The notes under the pieces were generated by a model that had not been told where the DNA came from, ran no database searches, and worked only from the letters and a program-made list of their open reading frames with translations. From positions 29,386,255 to 29,450,254 of the forward strand of contig NC_083406.1 of assembly GCF_020745735.1 (NCBI RefSeq): a DNA stretch of 64,000 nt, given 5' to 3'. This document shows, in pieces, positions 52,851 through 64,000 of this stretch (its first letter is position 1; the number at the start of each line of letters is the position of its first letter). This stretch comes from Hemiscyllium ocellatum. Lineage: Eukaryota. Both the position numbers and the translations under genes were made by a program.

Positions 52851-53039
52851 CGGGGTGACAGAGAACTCTCCTTTCCAATATTCGGATATTTCAAATGATG
52901 TGCCCCTACCTGAAAGAAAAGACAGGCTGCTAGGAAAAAGGTTTTTATCACAGAAATCTTCCCCTGATTTAATGGAGTAAGTCTAATAGAGAGTTCCTGC
53001 TTCAACATGTATCAAAAGGGTTCTGTTTTTCCTAGCACT

Positions 53040-53890
53040 CCAAAGCCCACCCTTTCTCCAGTTTACAAAAGAGTGGTCCTGAACCCCTCTGCATGGAAAC
53101 ATTGCCCCTTAGGTCCCTTTAAATCACTCCCCTCTCATCTTACAACTAAGCCCAGAAGTTTTGGGCTCTCCTCCCTTGGGAAAAAGATATTGGGTTATTC
53201 ACACTATTGATGCCCCTCATGCTTTTATAGACTTCAGCCTCTGATGCTCCAGGGAAACAAGCCACAGCCTGTCCAGCCTCTTCCTATAGCTCAAACCCTC
53301 CAACCCTTGCAACTTGCTCGTAAATCTTTTCTGAAACCTTTCAAGTTTCACGACATCCTTCCAATAGGGGAGGAGACCAAAATTGAATGCAGTATTCTAT
53401 ATGTGGCCTAACCAATGTCCAGTACTGCCATAACGTGATATCCCAACTCCTACATGCAATGCACTGACCAATGAAGGCAAGGATACCAAATGCCTTCTTC
53501 ACCACCACTACGTGTGACTCCACTTTCAAGGAACTATGCACCTGCACTATTAAGGTTCGGCAATGCTCCTAACATTAAGTGTATAAGTCTTTCCCTGGCT
53601 TGCCTTTCTAAAAGGCAGCATCTCACATTTATCTAAATTAAACTCCCCTCCACTCCTTGACTCATTTGCCCATGTGATCGAGGTCTCACTGTACTCTGAA
53701 ATACCCTTCCTCACAGTCCACAACATCACCATCTGCAAACTTACTAACCATATCTCCTGTATTCACACCCAAATCATTTAGATAAACGATGAAAAGCAGT
53801 GGGCCCAGCACACTGATCTTTGCCACTCACACTGATCACATGCTTCCAGTCCAAAAGACAACCCTCCACCAACATCCCCTGTCCCGTACC
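53040..53890 (-). mobile_element. CR1 LINE RT C-terminus
   Basis: LVRPHIEYCIQFWSP; reverse SKFADGD. Confidence 0.88.
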
Positions 53891-54660
53891 TTCCGAAGGA
53901 CTAGCAGACATTAGAGACAGAGCTTTACATACTTCAGAAAAAAACATTCAGCCCAGACAAGGTTTGTTACACCATAAAACTAAGCAAAACAAGTAAACCA
54001 TGAAGTATCTCCTGATACCCTATGGAATGGTACTCTGTCCAAAGTGGAAGGCTCATCATCTTCTTCCCTGGAGCAACTAGGGATAAGCAATCAATGTCAG
54101 CTTTACCAACAGCACCTACATTCGAGTGAATGAATGAAAAAAGTTCAGTTCGCTTCTCAGCCGACGACATGATCTCCTTACCTACCTGTTGGGAGCAGGT
54201 AATGAATTCTGCTACAATTCATAAATGTAACTCTTTTGAACCATGTCATATAAAAACTGCTTCATCCAAGAGACTGTTGCCATTAAGTCATGTATTTCAA
54301 ATGCTCAATACTCACGCCCTCCTTGTAATAAAATTATTTACGTTGCATACGCCTCTGCTCATAGCCACAGTGAGTCACAGGTCTGATATTTTAATGTCAC
54401 TTTATATGGACATTGAAAAGTTCTCCACCACTTCCCTGCTTGTAAGAATTGGTTACCTATGATGGAAAGGAGCAGACGCATGGCAATGGTAGGCTCCCTA
54501 ACTATAAACCTTGCCACAAAACCAAAATATTGCAGAGGCTGGAAACCAAAATGAAAAGAGAAAGTGCTGGAAATATTCAGCAATGAACTCACTCAGTTTA
54601 TGGTTTAGCTTCATGATGTTGCATCAGAACAGATCAGAAAGGTCATCAACTTGAAACTAG

Positions 54661-55497
54661 GGGCAGAATCTTGTATTGATCCTGGGAGTGGAAAGCAAAG
54701 TGGACATGGGAACCTAACTCACTGAAAGGCCAAAACTCAGATTGTTAGCTGCGGGATGAAAATTTGCAATCAGGTTCTCGGAATTTTATAAGTGGGTAAA
54801 GCTTCCTGAAGTTTTTTTTCCACATGTATTTGCATGTCATGAATGCTGATTGAAAAAAAACTGGCTCACCAGAATGTAGTGCCCTTCTCAAATAAATTGT
54901 ACGTGAATAAGCAATAGATGACTTCAGATTACAGCTGCACAGAAGCAGCATTGCAAGGTGTCATATTTGCTAGATTTCAGAGTGAGTAGCAGCTGTTTGT
55001 CAACTTTGGGTAGTGTTTGTTGATGTTGGAGATTTGCTGGCAGAGGTCTGAGTTGCATAGGTGCAGGAAGTGGACTAAACACAGGAGATTGGAATCTAAT
55101 GGCCATGGAAATCTACGGATCAGGAGTGAAAGTCTGTCTGAGTAAGGGAGGCAAGCTGATGGAGGAAGTGAGTCAGGGACAGGGAGGAGAGAGGCAGGAT
55201 GACCAGGGGAAAGGAGGAAGAGCCAAAATGTTTTGCTGCAAGCATCTGCTCTAAGAGCTCACATGATGTTCCTGGCTTGCAGGGAATTACTGCCTGTCCT
55301 GGTGACTTTTAAATAGGACTCAGGACCTTTGATTCCATTAGCTAACAGGTGGGCTGTTGACTTTCTGCCTGCTTTATCACAAGACACACCATGAGTTCCC
55401 CTAATGCATCGGTGATGAGCTGACAAGTATGCAGCCACACGACTCCAACCTCCATGCCCACTGCTGACTTTGTACTCCAGAATGGAAGATTCTATCG
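54661..55497. mobile_element. Possible MITE (about 840 bp) with short TIR gggcagaatctt / aagattctatcg
   Basis: 9/12 TIR match; it splits an older PLE-terminus sequence (ttgaaac ... taactctg). Confidence 0.4.
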
Positions 55498-56034
55498 ATT
55501 AACTCTGTTACTTTCTACAGAGGCTGCCTATTCTGCTGGGCATGTCCACTATGTTTTGTCTGTAAAACTTTGCATCAGCCTTCTACAAGGCTAGTAAGCA
55601 TGCTTCATCTGCCACGACACTGAGTTCTGAAATTCCCTCCTTAAACCTCGCTTCCTCTCCACCTTTAAGACTCTGCACTCTTGAAAAGCTCTCTTTAATT
55701 AACTTTCCAGTGAACTGTTTCAGTATTCCCTTGTGGTTTGGTGTCTAATTTTGATTGATATGCATTTACAATGGGGGACAGTTTACAATGCCTAAGATGT
55801 GGTACAAATGCAGATTGCAACTAGTAATCTTTTGGAAGATGCTATTAGGAGACGAACTATCATTGAAGGTTGCTAGAAATACAGTAATTGAAAGACAAAC
55901 AGATCAGTCACGATTATTCATGAATGGTGGGGCAGATACAAGATTTAAAGCAGTCTATCTCTGCTCCTTTTTCATACATTCTATATGTTTACAGTTTATA
56001 TCAACTACTGAGATGAAGGAAGCAAAGGCATAGT

Positions 56035-56795
56035 AACAAAATCTTAGCAAGACTTATACACTTAAGATCCTAGGGAGTGTTGCTGAACAAAGAGACCTTG
56101 CAATGCAGTTTCATAGTTCCTTGAAAGTGGAGTCGCAGGTAGATAGGATTGTGAAAAAGGCATTTGGTATGCTTTCCTTTATTGGTCAGAGTATTGAGTA
56201 CAGGAGTTGGGAGGTCATGTTGTGGCTGTACAAGACATTGGTTAGGTCACTTTTGGAGTATTGCAATTAATTCTGATCTCCCTCCTATCGGAAGGATGTT
56301 GCAAAACTTGAAAGGATTCAGAAAAGATTTACAAGGCTGTTGCCAGGGTTGGAGGATTTGAGCTATAGGGAAAGGCTGTATAGGCTGGGGCTGTTTTCCA
56401 TGGAGTGTCAGAGGTTGAGGGGTGACCTTATAAGGATTTGTAAAGTCATGAATGGCATGGATAGGATAAATAGACAAAATCTTTTCCCTGGGGTGGAGGA
56501 GTCCAGAACTAGAGGGCACAGGTTTAGGGTGAGAGGGGAAAGATATAAAAGGGATCTAAGGGGCAACTTTTTCACACAGAGGGTGGTGCATGTATGGAAT
56601 GAGCTGCCAGAGGAAGTGGTGAAGGCTGTTTAAATTGCAACATTTAACAGGCATCTAGATGGGTATTTGAATAGGATGGGTGCAGAGGGATATGGGCCAA
56701 GTGCTGGCAAACATAACTAGACAATTTTGGGATATCTGGTTGGCATGGACGAGTTCGACTGAAGGGTCTGTTTCAGTGCTGTACATCTCTGTGGC
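56035..56795 (+). mobile_element. CR1 (HER1-like) LINE 3' end
   Basis: ORF 56340..56633 LSYRERL.RLGLFS...TRGHRF...FFTQRVV.VWNELP; closely similar to 8120-8879. Confidence 0.92.
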
Positions 56796-56983
56796 TCTCA
56801 AATCTCCAGATATCACAAAGAGATGTAGGAAGAAATAGGGAAGTGCATTGTAAAGATGACAGAAGGGGGATATAGATAGGTTGGGCGAGTGGCCAGTAAC
56901 CTAGCAGACAATATTTTGTGCAAAAATGTGAAATTGTTCACTTTAGCAGGAAGAACAAAAAAATTGCTGAAAGGAGACTAGGG

Positions 56984-57359
56984 GTTGAAGCTTTTCATCG
57001 TGAATGCATCAGAACTAAGATACAAGAAACAGATGAACAAAGAGATACCATCTTATACTCAATGAGAAGAGGTTGTTGATTGGCTTGCCATCATTAACAT
57101 GGAGATGTGTGAAGAACATCTGAACATTGAATTAACTGTCAATCTTAATTCTCAGGACAAGGCAGCAAGATTCTGATTGGTTAAGTGTCATAGGGCTGGA
57201 GCATGCAAAATGGCAGTCAGAATCTACCTGCAGTATTGCTGCACCTCCATGTCAATGATGGCCAGGTCAATAAGCATCCTCTTCTTACTCTGTATGTAAT
57301 GGTTTTCGTTTGTTTAAGATTGTCGTAGTTCTGATGAGTGCAAGATGAAAAGCATCCAC
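56984..57359. mobile_element. Old fold-back element with diverged arms of about 115-125 bp and a hammerhead-like motif at each outer end
   Basis: 56984 to about 57105 is approximately the reverse complement of about 57245-57359. Minus: GTT CTGATGC..GAAAAGCTTC AAC. Plus: GTT CTGATGA GTGCAAGAT GAAAAGCATC. Confidence 0.65.
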
Positions 57360-57564
57360 TTATATATTTTCAGGTATGCTTTGTGCTATCAAGCATAAAA
57401 ATAGCAGAGAAAGGTGAATGACGGCAAAATTTTAAGATGCAGAGATTCTGTGTTCTCATGCATTAGTTACAAGAAGGTACAATGGAGGTACAGCAAATAA
57501 TTAAGGAGGCAATAGAATGCTATTCATTATTCTAAAAGGAATTGAACATAAAAGTGAAGACAGA

Positions 57565-57695
57565 AATGTTCTGAAGAAGGGTCACTGAACTCAAAACATT
57601 AATGTTTTCTCTTCACAAATACTGCCATACTTACTGAGTTTCTCTAACAACATGTTTTCTTTTGTTGCATCTCAAGCATTCAAAGTAGTTTGATT
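57565..57695 (+). mobile_element. PLE 3'-terminus fragment, decayed hammerhead (CTGAAGA at 57571-57577)
   Basis: Same family as 6817, 7250 and 39056. Confidence 0.55.
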
Positions 57696-57871
57696 TACTA
57701 AAAATGTCGTGCTTCTGCTTTACAACTTGAATAGTGTGTGCTATTGTTCTTTTTTGCTTAAGAAAGGACGTAAGTGCATAGGAAGCAGTTCAGACAAGGT
57801 TTACTGGATTGATATCTGGAATGAGTGGGTTGGTTGAAGGGGAAAAGTTAGATGAGCTGGGCTCAATCCCA

Positions 57872-58056
57872 CTGGATTAGTGGTGCTGAAAGAGCACAGC
57901 AGTTCAGGCAGCATCCAAGGAGCAGCGAAATCGACGTTTCGGGCAAAAGCCCTTCATCGATTTCACTGCTCCTTGGATGCTGCCTGAACTGCTGTGCTCT
58001 TCCAGCACCACTAATCCAGAATCTGGTTTCCAGCATCTGCAGTCATTGTTTTTAAC
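57872..58056. mobile_element. Fold-back Penelope-derived mini-element: 63-bp arms (57872-57934 / 57957-58019), 37-nt tail, inserted in an old CR1
   Basis: Duplication ctcaatcccactgga at 57862-57876 / 58057-58071 (its last 5 nt also match the element start). Same family as 27014 and 37551. Confidence 0.9.
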
Positions 58057-58719
58057 CTCAATCCCACTGGAGTTTAGAAGAATGAGAGGGAATTTGACTG
58101 AAGTGTGTAAGATCATAAACTATCGTTATAAGATGGTTGTGAAAAGATAATTCCTCTTGTGGTGAAATGAGAACAAGGGCTATTGTTTTAACATCAGGAG
58201 TACCCCTTCAGACAGTAATGAAGCAAACTTCTGTTTTTCCTCTGAGATTGTGCAAGTCTGGAATTCAGGAGGTGGTGTCATTGAATATTTTTAGAGTGGA
58301 GATGCACAGATTGGAGTTAGGGAGGGTGTTGATGGAAATGTGGAATTCAAAATACAAACCGTTCAGTCATGATCTTATTAAATAGCATAACTGGATCAAT
58401 GCGCTGAATTGCCTACTTCTGCCCATATATTAGTAGAAATATTTTGCCTCATCACAATCATGTCAACTTCCAAAGCAGCAGAGACTCATTCGGGAACTGT
58501 ACTGAAATATCTGCACAGCCAGATATTTCATTTTGCTTTAATATGCCTCTCCAGTAAGTGCCTCACCCTTCAAGAAAAGTTGCTCCCTGTAGGTTTAGGG
58601 AGCTCTGCAATGTTTAAGAAGCCCTGCAGTGCTGAGGCATTTTTTTTAATCTTGTGCTTTGGTTCTATTCTTCTTTCCAAAGGTGGCAACTCAAATAACC
58701 CTAATTACAGTAAAAGAGA

Positions 58720-59235
58720 AATTGCATTTACATAGCATCCTCAGACCACCCTTGAGCTTCACAGCCAAATAAATATTGTTGAATTGAGGTTGCTTCTGAC
58801 ATGTAGGGGATCCAAGAGCCAATATCTGTCCCATAAATTAAGTGTTCATGTCAAGCAACCTCTCTCTCTAATTGCGCCTCCTCTGAGATTACACATGCTG
58901 ATTGGCATGTAATACCATTCCCAATATGCACTTTCAGTTTTGCCACTCACTCTTTGGAGTTCCACGGAAGAGAAAAAAGTATATAAATGGTAAGGTATTC
59001 TTCTTTTTTCATGATGTTGGGTGAGGGATAAATATTGATATCCACCTTCAAAATACTATCAGAGGATTTTTGATGTCTGCCCAAGAGAGCAGATGGGATC
59101 TTCTGTTTACATCTCATCTGCAAAAATCTAACTACATGCCACTCCTTCAGTACAGCATCAATTCAGATTACACGCTGAAACACTGACTCCCAAGGTACAA
59201 ACATCTGATTCAAATGTGAGTCATCAATAACAGCC
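58720..59235 (-). mobile_element. DeuSINE, decayed and interrupted
   Basis: gagagcagatgggatc...gtttacatctcatctg domain and attgcatttacatagc tail. Confidence 0.55.
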
Positions 59236-62059
59236 ACGTTTGATTCTGTGAATCAAAGGAGCTCAGTACAAACCAACATGAACCATAACCCCAGAACAAT
59301 ACTCGAGGAATACAAGCCAGTAGTCATCTTTATGTTGCTCAAGATCACAATCCAACACCAGACTTTTTCTCATTGCAGTCACCAGTATTTATTTTCAAGA
59401 TATGATCCACAGTCCTTTGACTTTTTAATGAAATCACATTTCTGCATAATCCACTTCGAAACACTGTCCCCAAATTTTGCAATAGTAGCGAAGCCCTGAG
59501 TCCATTAGCATTACCACTCTTAAAAGGATATCGAGTTCTGGAGTGCATGCATTGTGCAGTTAAAAACAGAATATCACCATCAGTGATTTTAAACTTATCA
59601 TAAGGTACACTGTTGATGTCTCTGCCTCATCCACCAGAATGTAACTAAGTAGTAAGCACTTAATTGATGAGAAACTATCCTTTTACACGATCAAGCTCTT
59701 GAATAAGTTAAACCTTGCTAAATGAAATGCAACTGGGTTTTATCAGCAGACTCAGATTGTTATGATTGTTGATGAGTCTCACCAAGTTCCACACTGAAAA
59801 CAGACATGTTGACAAAACATTTCACTCATTCCACTCGTCTTGACTCCATAAAGTCAAGAACGCCAAATTTCAAACAAACACAATTTAAAGGTTTTGATTG
59901 GTTAGTTGACTCAAATTGAAGTGTTGCCATGGAGAAGGTAGTGGGGAATTTGAGATTGTCTGCAGCTGCCTGGTAATTCAGAAAAGACACTATGTTTGTA
60001 CATATTTCTTCTGTTTACAAAGAATGGATCATTGTGTAGGTCACATTTAGCAAGTGTGAAATGAGCTACATTATGAGTTTGATCAATTAGCTAAATTGGT
60101 TGTTCTCACACGAACATACGGAAATAGATTCATTTTTTTAGCCAGCTCTGCTATTCAATAAGTTCATGATTGATCTTATCTGAAACCTCCACATTTCAGC
60201 CTAGACCAGATAAATTTTGACGTTCTTGCTTAACAAAAATCTACTTACCTCTGACTTTAAAAAATTCATGGACTCTTCCATTACCTTTTGAGGAAGAGAA
60301 CATCAAAAACTCTCAACCCTCAGAGACATTTTACTGCTTTAAATGGATGACCCCTTATTTTAAACAGTGACCCCCAAATAGAGATTCTTGGTGAAATCTT
60401 GTAGCGTGTAGCCAAATTCAGAAAGCAGAATTCAGAATTTCAGGATTGAAACCAAATAATATTTAAAATAAGTAACAATTAATAGTTTAATTTTGTTTAA
60501 ATAAAGACTTGCATTATCCTAATTAAAAAAAATTGTTTGCAAATGGACATTCATGCTAACAGAAACGGAATACAATCTTCCTTCACTTTGATTAGTTTTC
60601 TCTAAATATTCCTAACATCACCCTGGGCCTATTTTTTCAACTGCTATCCAAAAGTGATCTGCAACCAAAAGCAGACTCTGTCTCAGTTTAGGTGTGAGAG
60701 ACAGCGAATGGATTTGGTGTACAAGTATTTTTACAGTGCGTCTGTTATGAAGCCCATCAAGCTTATTCTCGCTCACTATTGTGGTCCTTAAAACATAAGT
60801 TGGTTATTCCTTACTAGAAGCACAGAAACATGCTGCACTGAAGGAGACAATTCAGCCATTTGTATCTGTGCTAGTTCTGTGAAAGAGCATTCAGGCTTAG
60901 TTTCACACACCCCTCCATAGTGTATCTGTAACCCTGCAAGTTCCTTGCTCTTAATTACCTGTTGACTCCCTTTTATATATTTATAGCCTCAGCTTCCACC
61001 ACATGTCCAGGGAGAGCACTCCAGATGCAAACCACTCTCTTCATTTATCATCTCTGGTTACTGACTCACTCATTATAGGTGAATGGCCAGTATCTACTCT
61101 ACCAAAACATCGTTGTCTAGTGACCCTCAATTAGGTCAACTCTTAACCTTCTCCATTACAAGGCAAATGATTCATTCCAAACTTATAACCTACGAATGTT
61201 TTAGCCAGAAAAATATGGCATCTGAGGGTGGGTGAGGCTTTGTTCAGTCCCGCCCAGTTATGCAGAAGCACACATACTATTGGCTTAAATATTTGCCTGC
61301 AAATGTTTGAGTAATTTTCAGTTCACAATCCTGCTGAACAGTCGCTGCACTATAACACAGCAGATGGGCCGGCCAGAGGATTGGATTAATTACATAAAGG
61401 AATCACTGACGCGTTTGACTGTGAGAGCAGCAGTAATGCACGGTAATAAACTGCCTCCCTTAGATTTGTGGGAAAATATAAATTCATTACTCAGTCTCTC
61501 ACAGCGCAACAACAGAAAGAGTTACCTTTAAATGAAAAGCTGTGCATGTCGTCTATGTCCAGGTGTTTGCTGGACACTCTCGTCCTGGAGTGAAGCACTC
61601 CACTGGCTCCACCTTTGCAGACCCCAGCTACGAACCATAGAAATCTCCATTAAGTGAGTCACTTCAACTTTGTCAGCATTAGAGACGCATTCCACAAGAT
61701 CAGACTGGCCAGACTCTTAGATAGCTGCAATGACAGATCACTACAATCAGCATGCAGGTTTCCAATGTCTGTCGTAACCATCCAGCCTTCAAAGGAAGAA
61801 CCACAAAACCTTTCAGCCAAGAACACAGCAAGTTGTGACTTGCTTCATGTTTCACACTTCCTTATTATCTTTAACATGTATTTTCACTTAAACTGTTCAG
61901 CAAATGGTGGCCAGAAAACCCTCTGAAAAAAACAATAGGTCACTGATCCTTTTCACCTACAACTACACAGGCAACCAGAACAACGTGGATTTATAAACAT
62001 ATATAGAAACAGGATGATATTTGGGCCTTACGTTACACAATATTCAGACCGACAACTTA

Positions 62060-62660
62060 AGTGGTGTGTTAGCTTCTTTTGGTAGAGGGATTGAGTTTCA
62101 GAGCCATGACGTCATGTTGCAGCTGTACAAAACTCTGGTGCGACCATATTTGGAGTCTTGCGTACAATTCTGGTCACTGCATTATAGGAAGGATGTGGAA
62201 GCTTTTTAAAGGGTTCAGAGGAAATTTACTAGGATGCTGTTTGGTATGGAGGGAAGTTCTTAAGATGAAAGGCTGAGGGACTTGAGGCTGTTGTTGTTAG
62301 AGAGAAGAAGGTTGAGAGGTAACTTTATTGAGACATATTAAAAAATCAGAGGATTAGAGTGGACAGTGAGAGCCTTTTTCCTCGGATGGTGCTGACTAGC
62401 GTGAGAGAACATAGCTTTAAATTGAGGGGTGATAGATATAGGAGAGATGTCAGAGGTAGATTCTTTACTCAGAGTAGTAGAGGCGTGGAATGCACTGCCT
62501 GCAACAGTAGTCAACTAGCAAACCGTAAGGGCATTTAAATGGTCTATGGATAGACATATGGATGAAAATGGAATATAGTGTAGGTTAGATGGGCTTCAGA
62601 TTGATTTCGTAGGGTGGCACAACATGGAGGGCGGAAGGACCTGCGCTGTGATGTTCTAGA
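62060..62660 (+). mobile_element. CR1 LINE 3' end
   Basis: VMLQLYKTLVRPYLESCVQFWS.HYRKDV. Confidence 0.9.
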
Positions 62661-63620
62661 ACTATAAGACAACTTGCACTGATTTGCCACCTTGCAAAAT
62701 GGTCCAAGGTGTTTTACAGGACCATAAACCAACAGATACTATGCAACTTAAGGAGATATTAGAAAAGGTGACTATAAGACTAGTCAGAGATAGGTTTTAT
62801 GAGGCATCTTGAAAAAAAGGAAGGGTAGAGAGGCAGACAGTTTAGGGAGGGAATTCTCGAGCTTAGGGCCCGTGTAGCTCATGGCATGGCCTTGTGGTTG
62901 AGAGATTAAAATCAGAGACGTGCCAGAAAACCAAAGATAGACTGCTCATAAAGGATAGATAGTGCAGCCTGGTCTCTATTCCTTTACTAGTTTTTTTTAA
63001 AAAACACATTTCTTATATCACATATTTCTAAGCAATAACCCCTCTTCCAGCCTGCTGCTCTACCTCAGTACCTTTCAAGACAGTTAAGGAATTCTGATTT
63101 TTTTTGAAGAGCAAAAGAAGCAGAAAAAGGAATTGAAAATGAGAATAGAGAGGAAATAAACTGGAAGACTCTGAGATTTTAAGGAAGCAATTGTACACAA
63201 CTGTACTTGCTAGTAATCTCAGTGTTTGTCACATGACCTCAAAACACGCGCAAGAATGTTGCTGAGTTTACATCTTACAATTTTGTGCAGTTGAAGTTGC
63301 TTGAGCCTTGCATATTTGAGCAAGATAAATTGCATTAAAATAAGAACACGTTTCAAAAACAGATCGTACTGTGGCTCATAAAAATATTTATTTCTTCATT
63401 AGAAATTGCTGACTGCTGTTTTAATAGTGATGTTAAAATAAAGCAGGGTGAGAAAAGCTCTTTGAGCAGTTGTGCAATACTGGTTTAGTTTTCCAATTCA
63501 CCACGGATTACATTACTGTGAAGATCTTTTTGTTTTCTTTCCAAAAGATGTCTAATAAACCAGAACTGAAATCTCTCTGCTGTTTGGACTCAAAAGGAAT
63601 GAAGGGAACAGGTGGGGTAA

Positions 63621-63668
63621 GGACAACAGCAACAAGGCAAGTCCGGACAACAGCAACAAGGCGAGTCC
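63621..63668. repeat. Tandem duplication of a 24-bp unit ggacaacagcaacaaggc(a/g)agtcc
   Basis: Two copies with one mismatch. Confidence 0.9.
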
Positions 63669-64000
63669 AAACAACCAGGACAGAGAGAAATGGGAAAAAT
63701 GAAAAAGAACATCAAAACTGCAATGAAAAATAGAAAATAGCAGGGTTAAAAAAAGTGAATGAGAAACAAATATGAGGAAAAACATAATTCAGTGAGCCAG
63801 ACAAAGATTGCAAGATCAAGCAAAAACATAAAGGGTGATGTAATTCCAGAAAGGCCGGTATCCGTCACCAAGTCAGCCTGTATTTCATTGATCCAGCTGC
63901 CTCAGAACCTCTCTCAGTGAGCAGGATGCCTGACACTCTTGCTTATATTTGTCAGCCAAGGTTCCCTGATTGGGTCCATTAACCTGATCCACCAGGGAAC

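Larger units (their letters stand above)
56830..58420 (+). mobile_element. Old CR1 remnant hosting three nested hammerhead-bearing inserts
   Basis: IDRLGEWP, EAVQTRFT, PLEFRRMRG segments separated by the inserts at 56984, 57565 and 57872. Confidence 0.65.

Noticed and set aside
52860-52950. Strong-looking acceptor ctgtcttttctttcag
   Set aside because: Immediate TAG in the required phase; abuts the 5' end of a CR1 ORF1 remnant.
54316-54456. 141-nt exon-like segment (ctttccatcatag ... gtgagt) on the minus strand
   Set aside because: Stop codons in all three frames and no similarity to TBC1D1/TBC1D4 that I can see.
63064-63160. Pyrimidine tract followed by a 22- or 30-nt microexon candidate
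   Set aside because: In-frame TAA in phase 2 and no resemblance to the recalled human microexon.
1-64000. CRISPR arrays, rRNA genes, prokaryotic operons
   Set aside because: None seen; the window is vertebrate intron-exon sequence.

Overview
Eukaryotic, AT-rich and repeat-rich genomic DNA, inferred to be from a shark or other elasmobranch because of its HE1-type V-SINEs, DeuSINE/SacSINE1-like SINEs and HER1/CR1 LINEs. The one host gene is the 3' half of TBC1D4 (AS160, Rab-GAP) on the minus strand. I reconstructed nine GT-AG coding exons (49122 to 5337; 1732 nt) that splice into one open frame ending ...KVKIGNNKP*. The 5' half of the gene lies beyond position 64000. The introns hold layered CR1-group LINEs, RTE and Gypsy remnants, several SINE families and many Penelope-like elements (PLEs). 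The most striking non-gene signal is a set of PLE-derived fold-back insertions with 13-15 bp target-site duplications and an unpaired ~36-40 nt tail. They carry minimal type I hammerhead-ribozyme motifs (CUGAnGA...GAAA). At least five families differ in stem II, but the least-decayed copies keep a palindrome in place of stem III (ACGU, AGCU or AAGCUU). Exon coordinates were read base by base. Repeat boundaries are approximate. Family names and human comparisons are from memory, not from a search.
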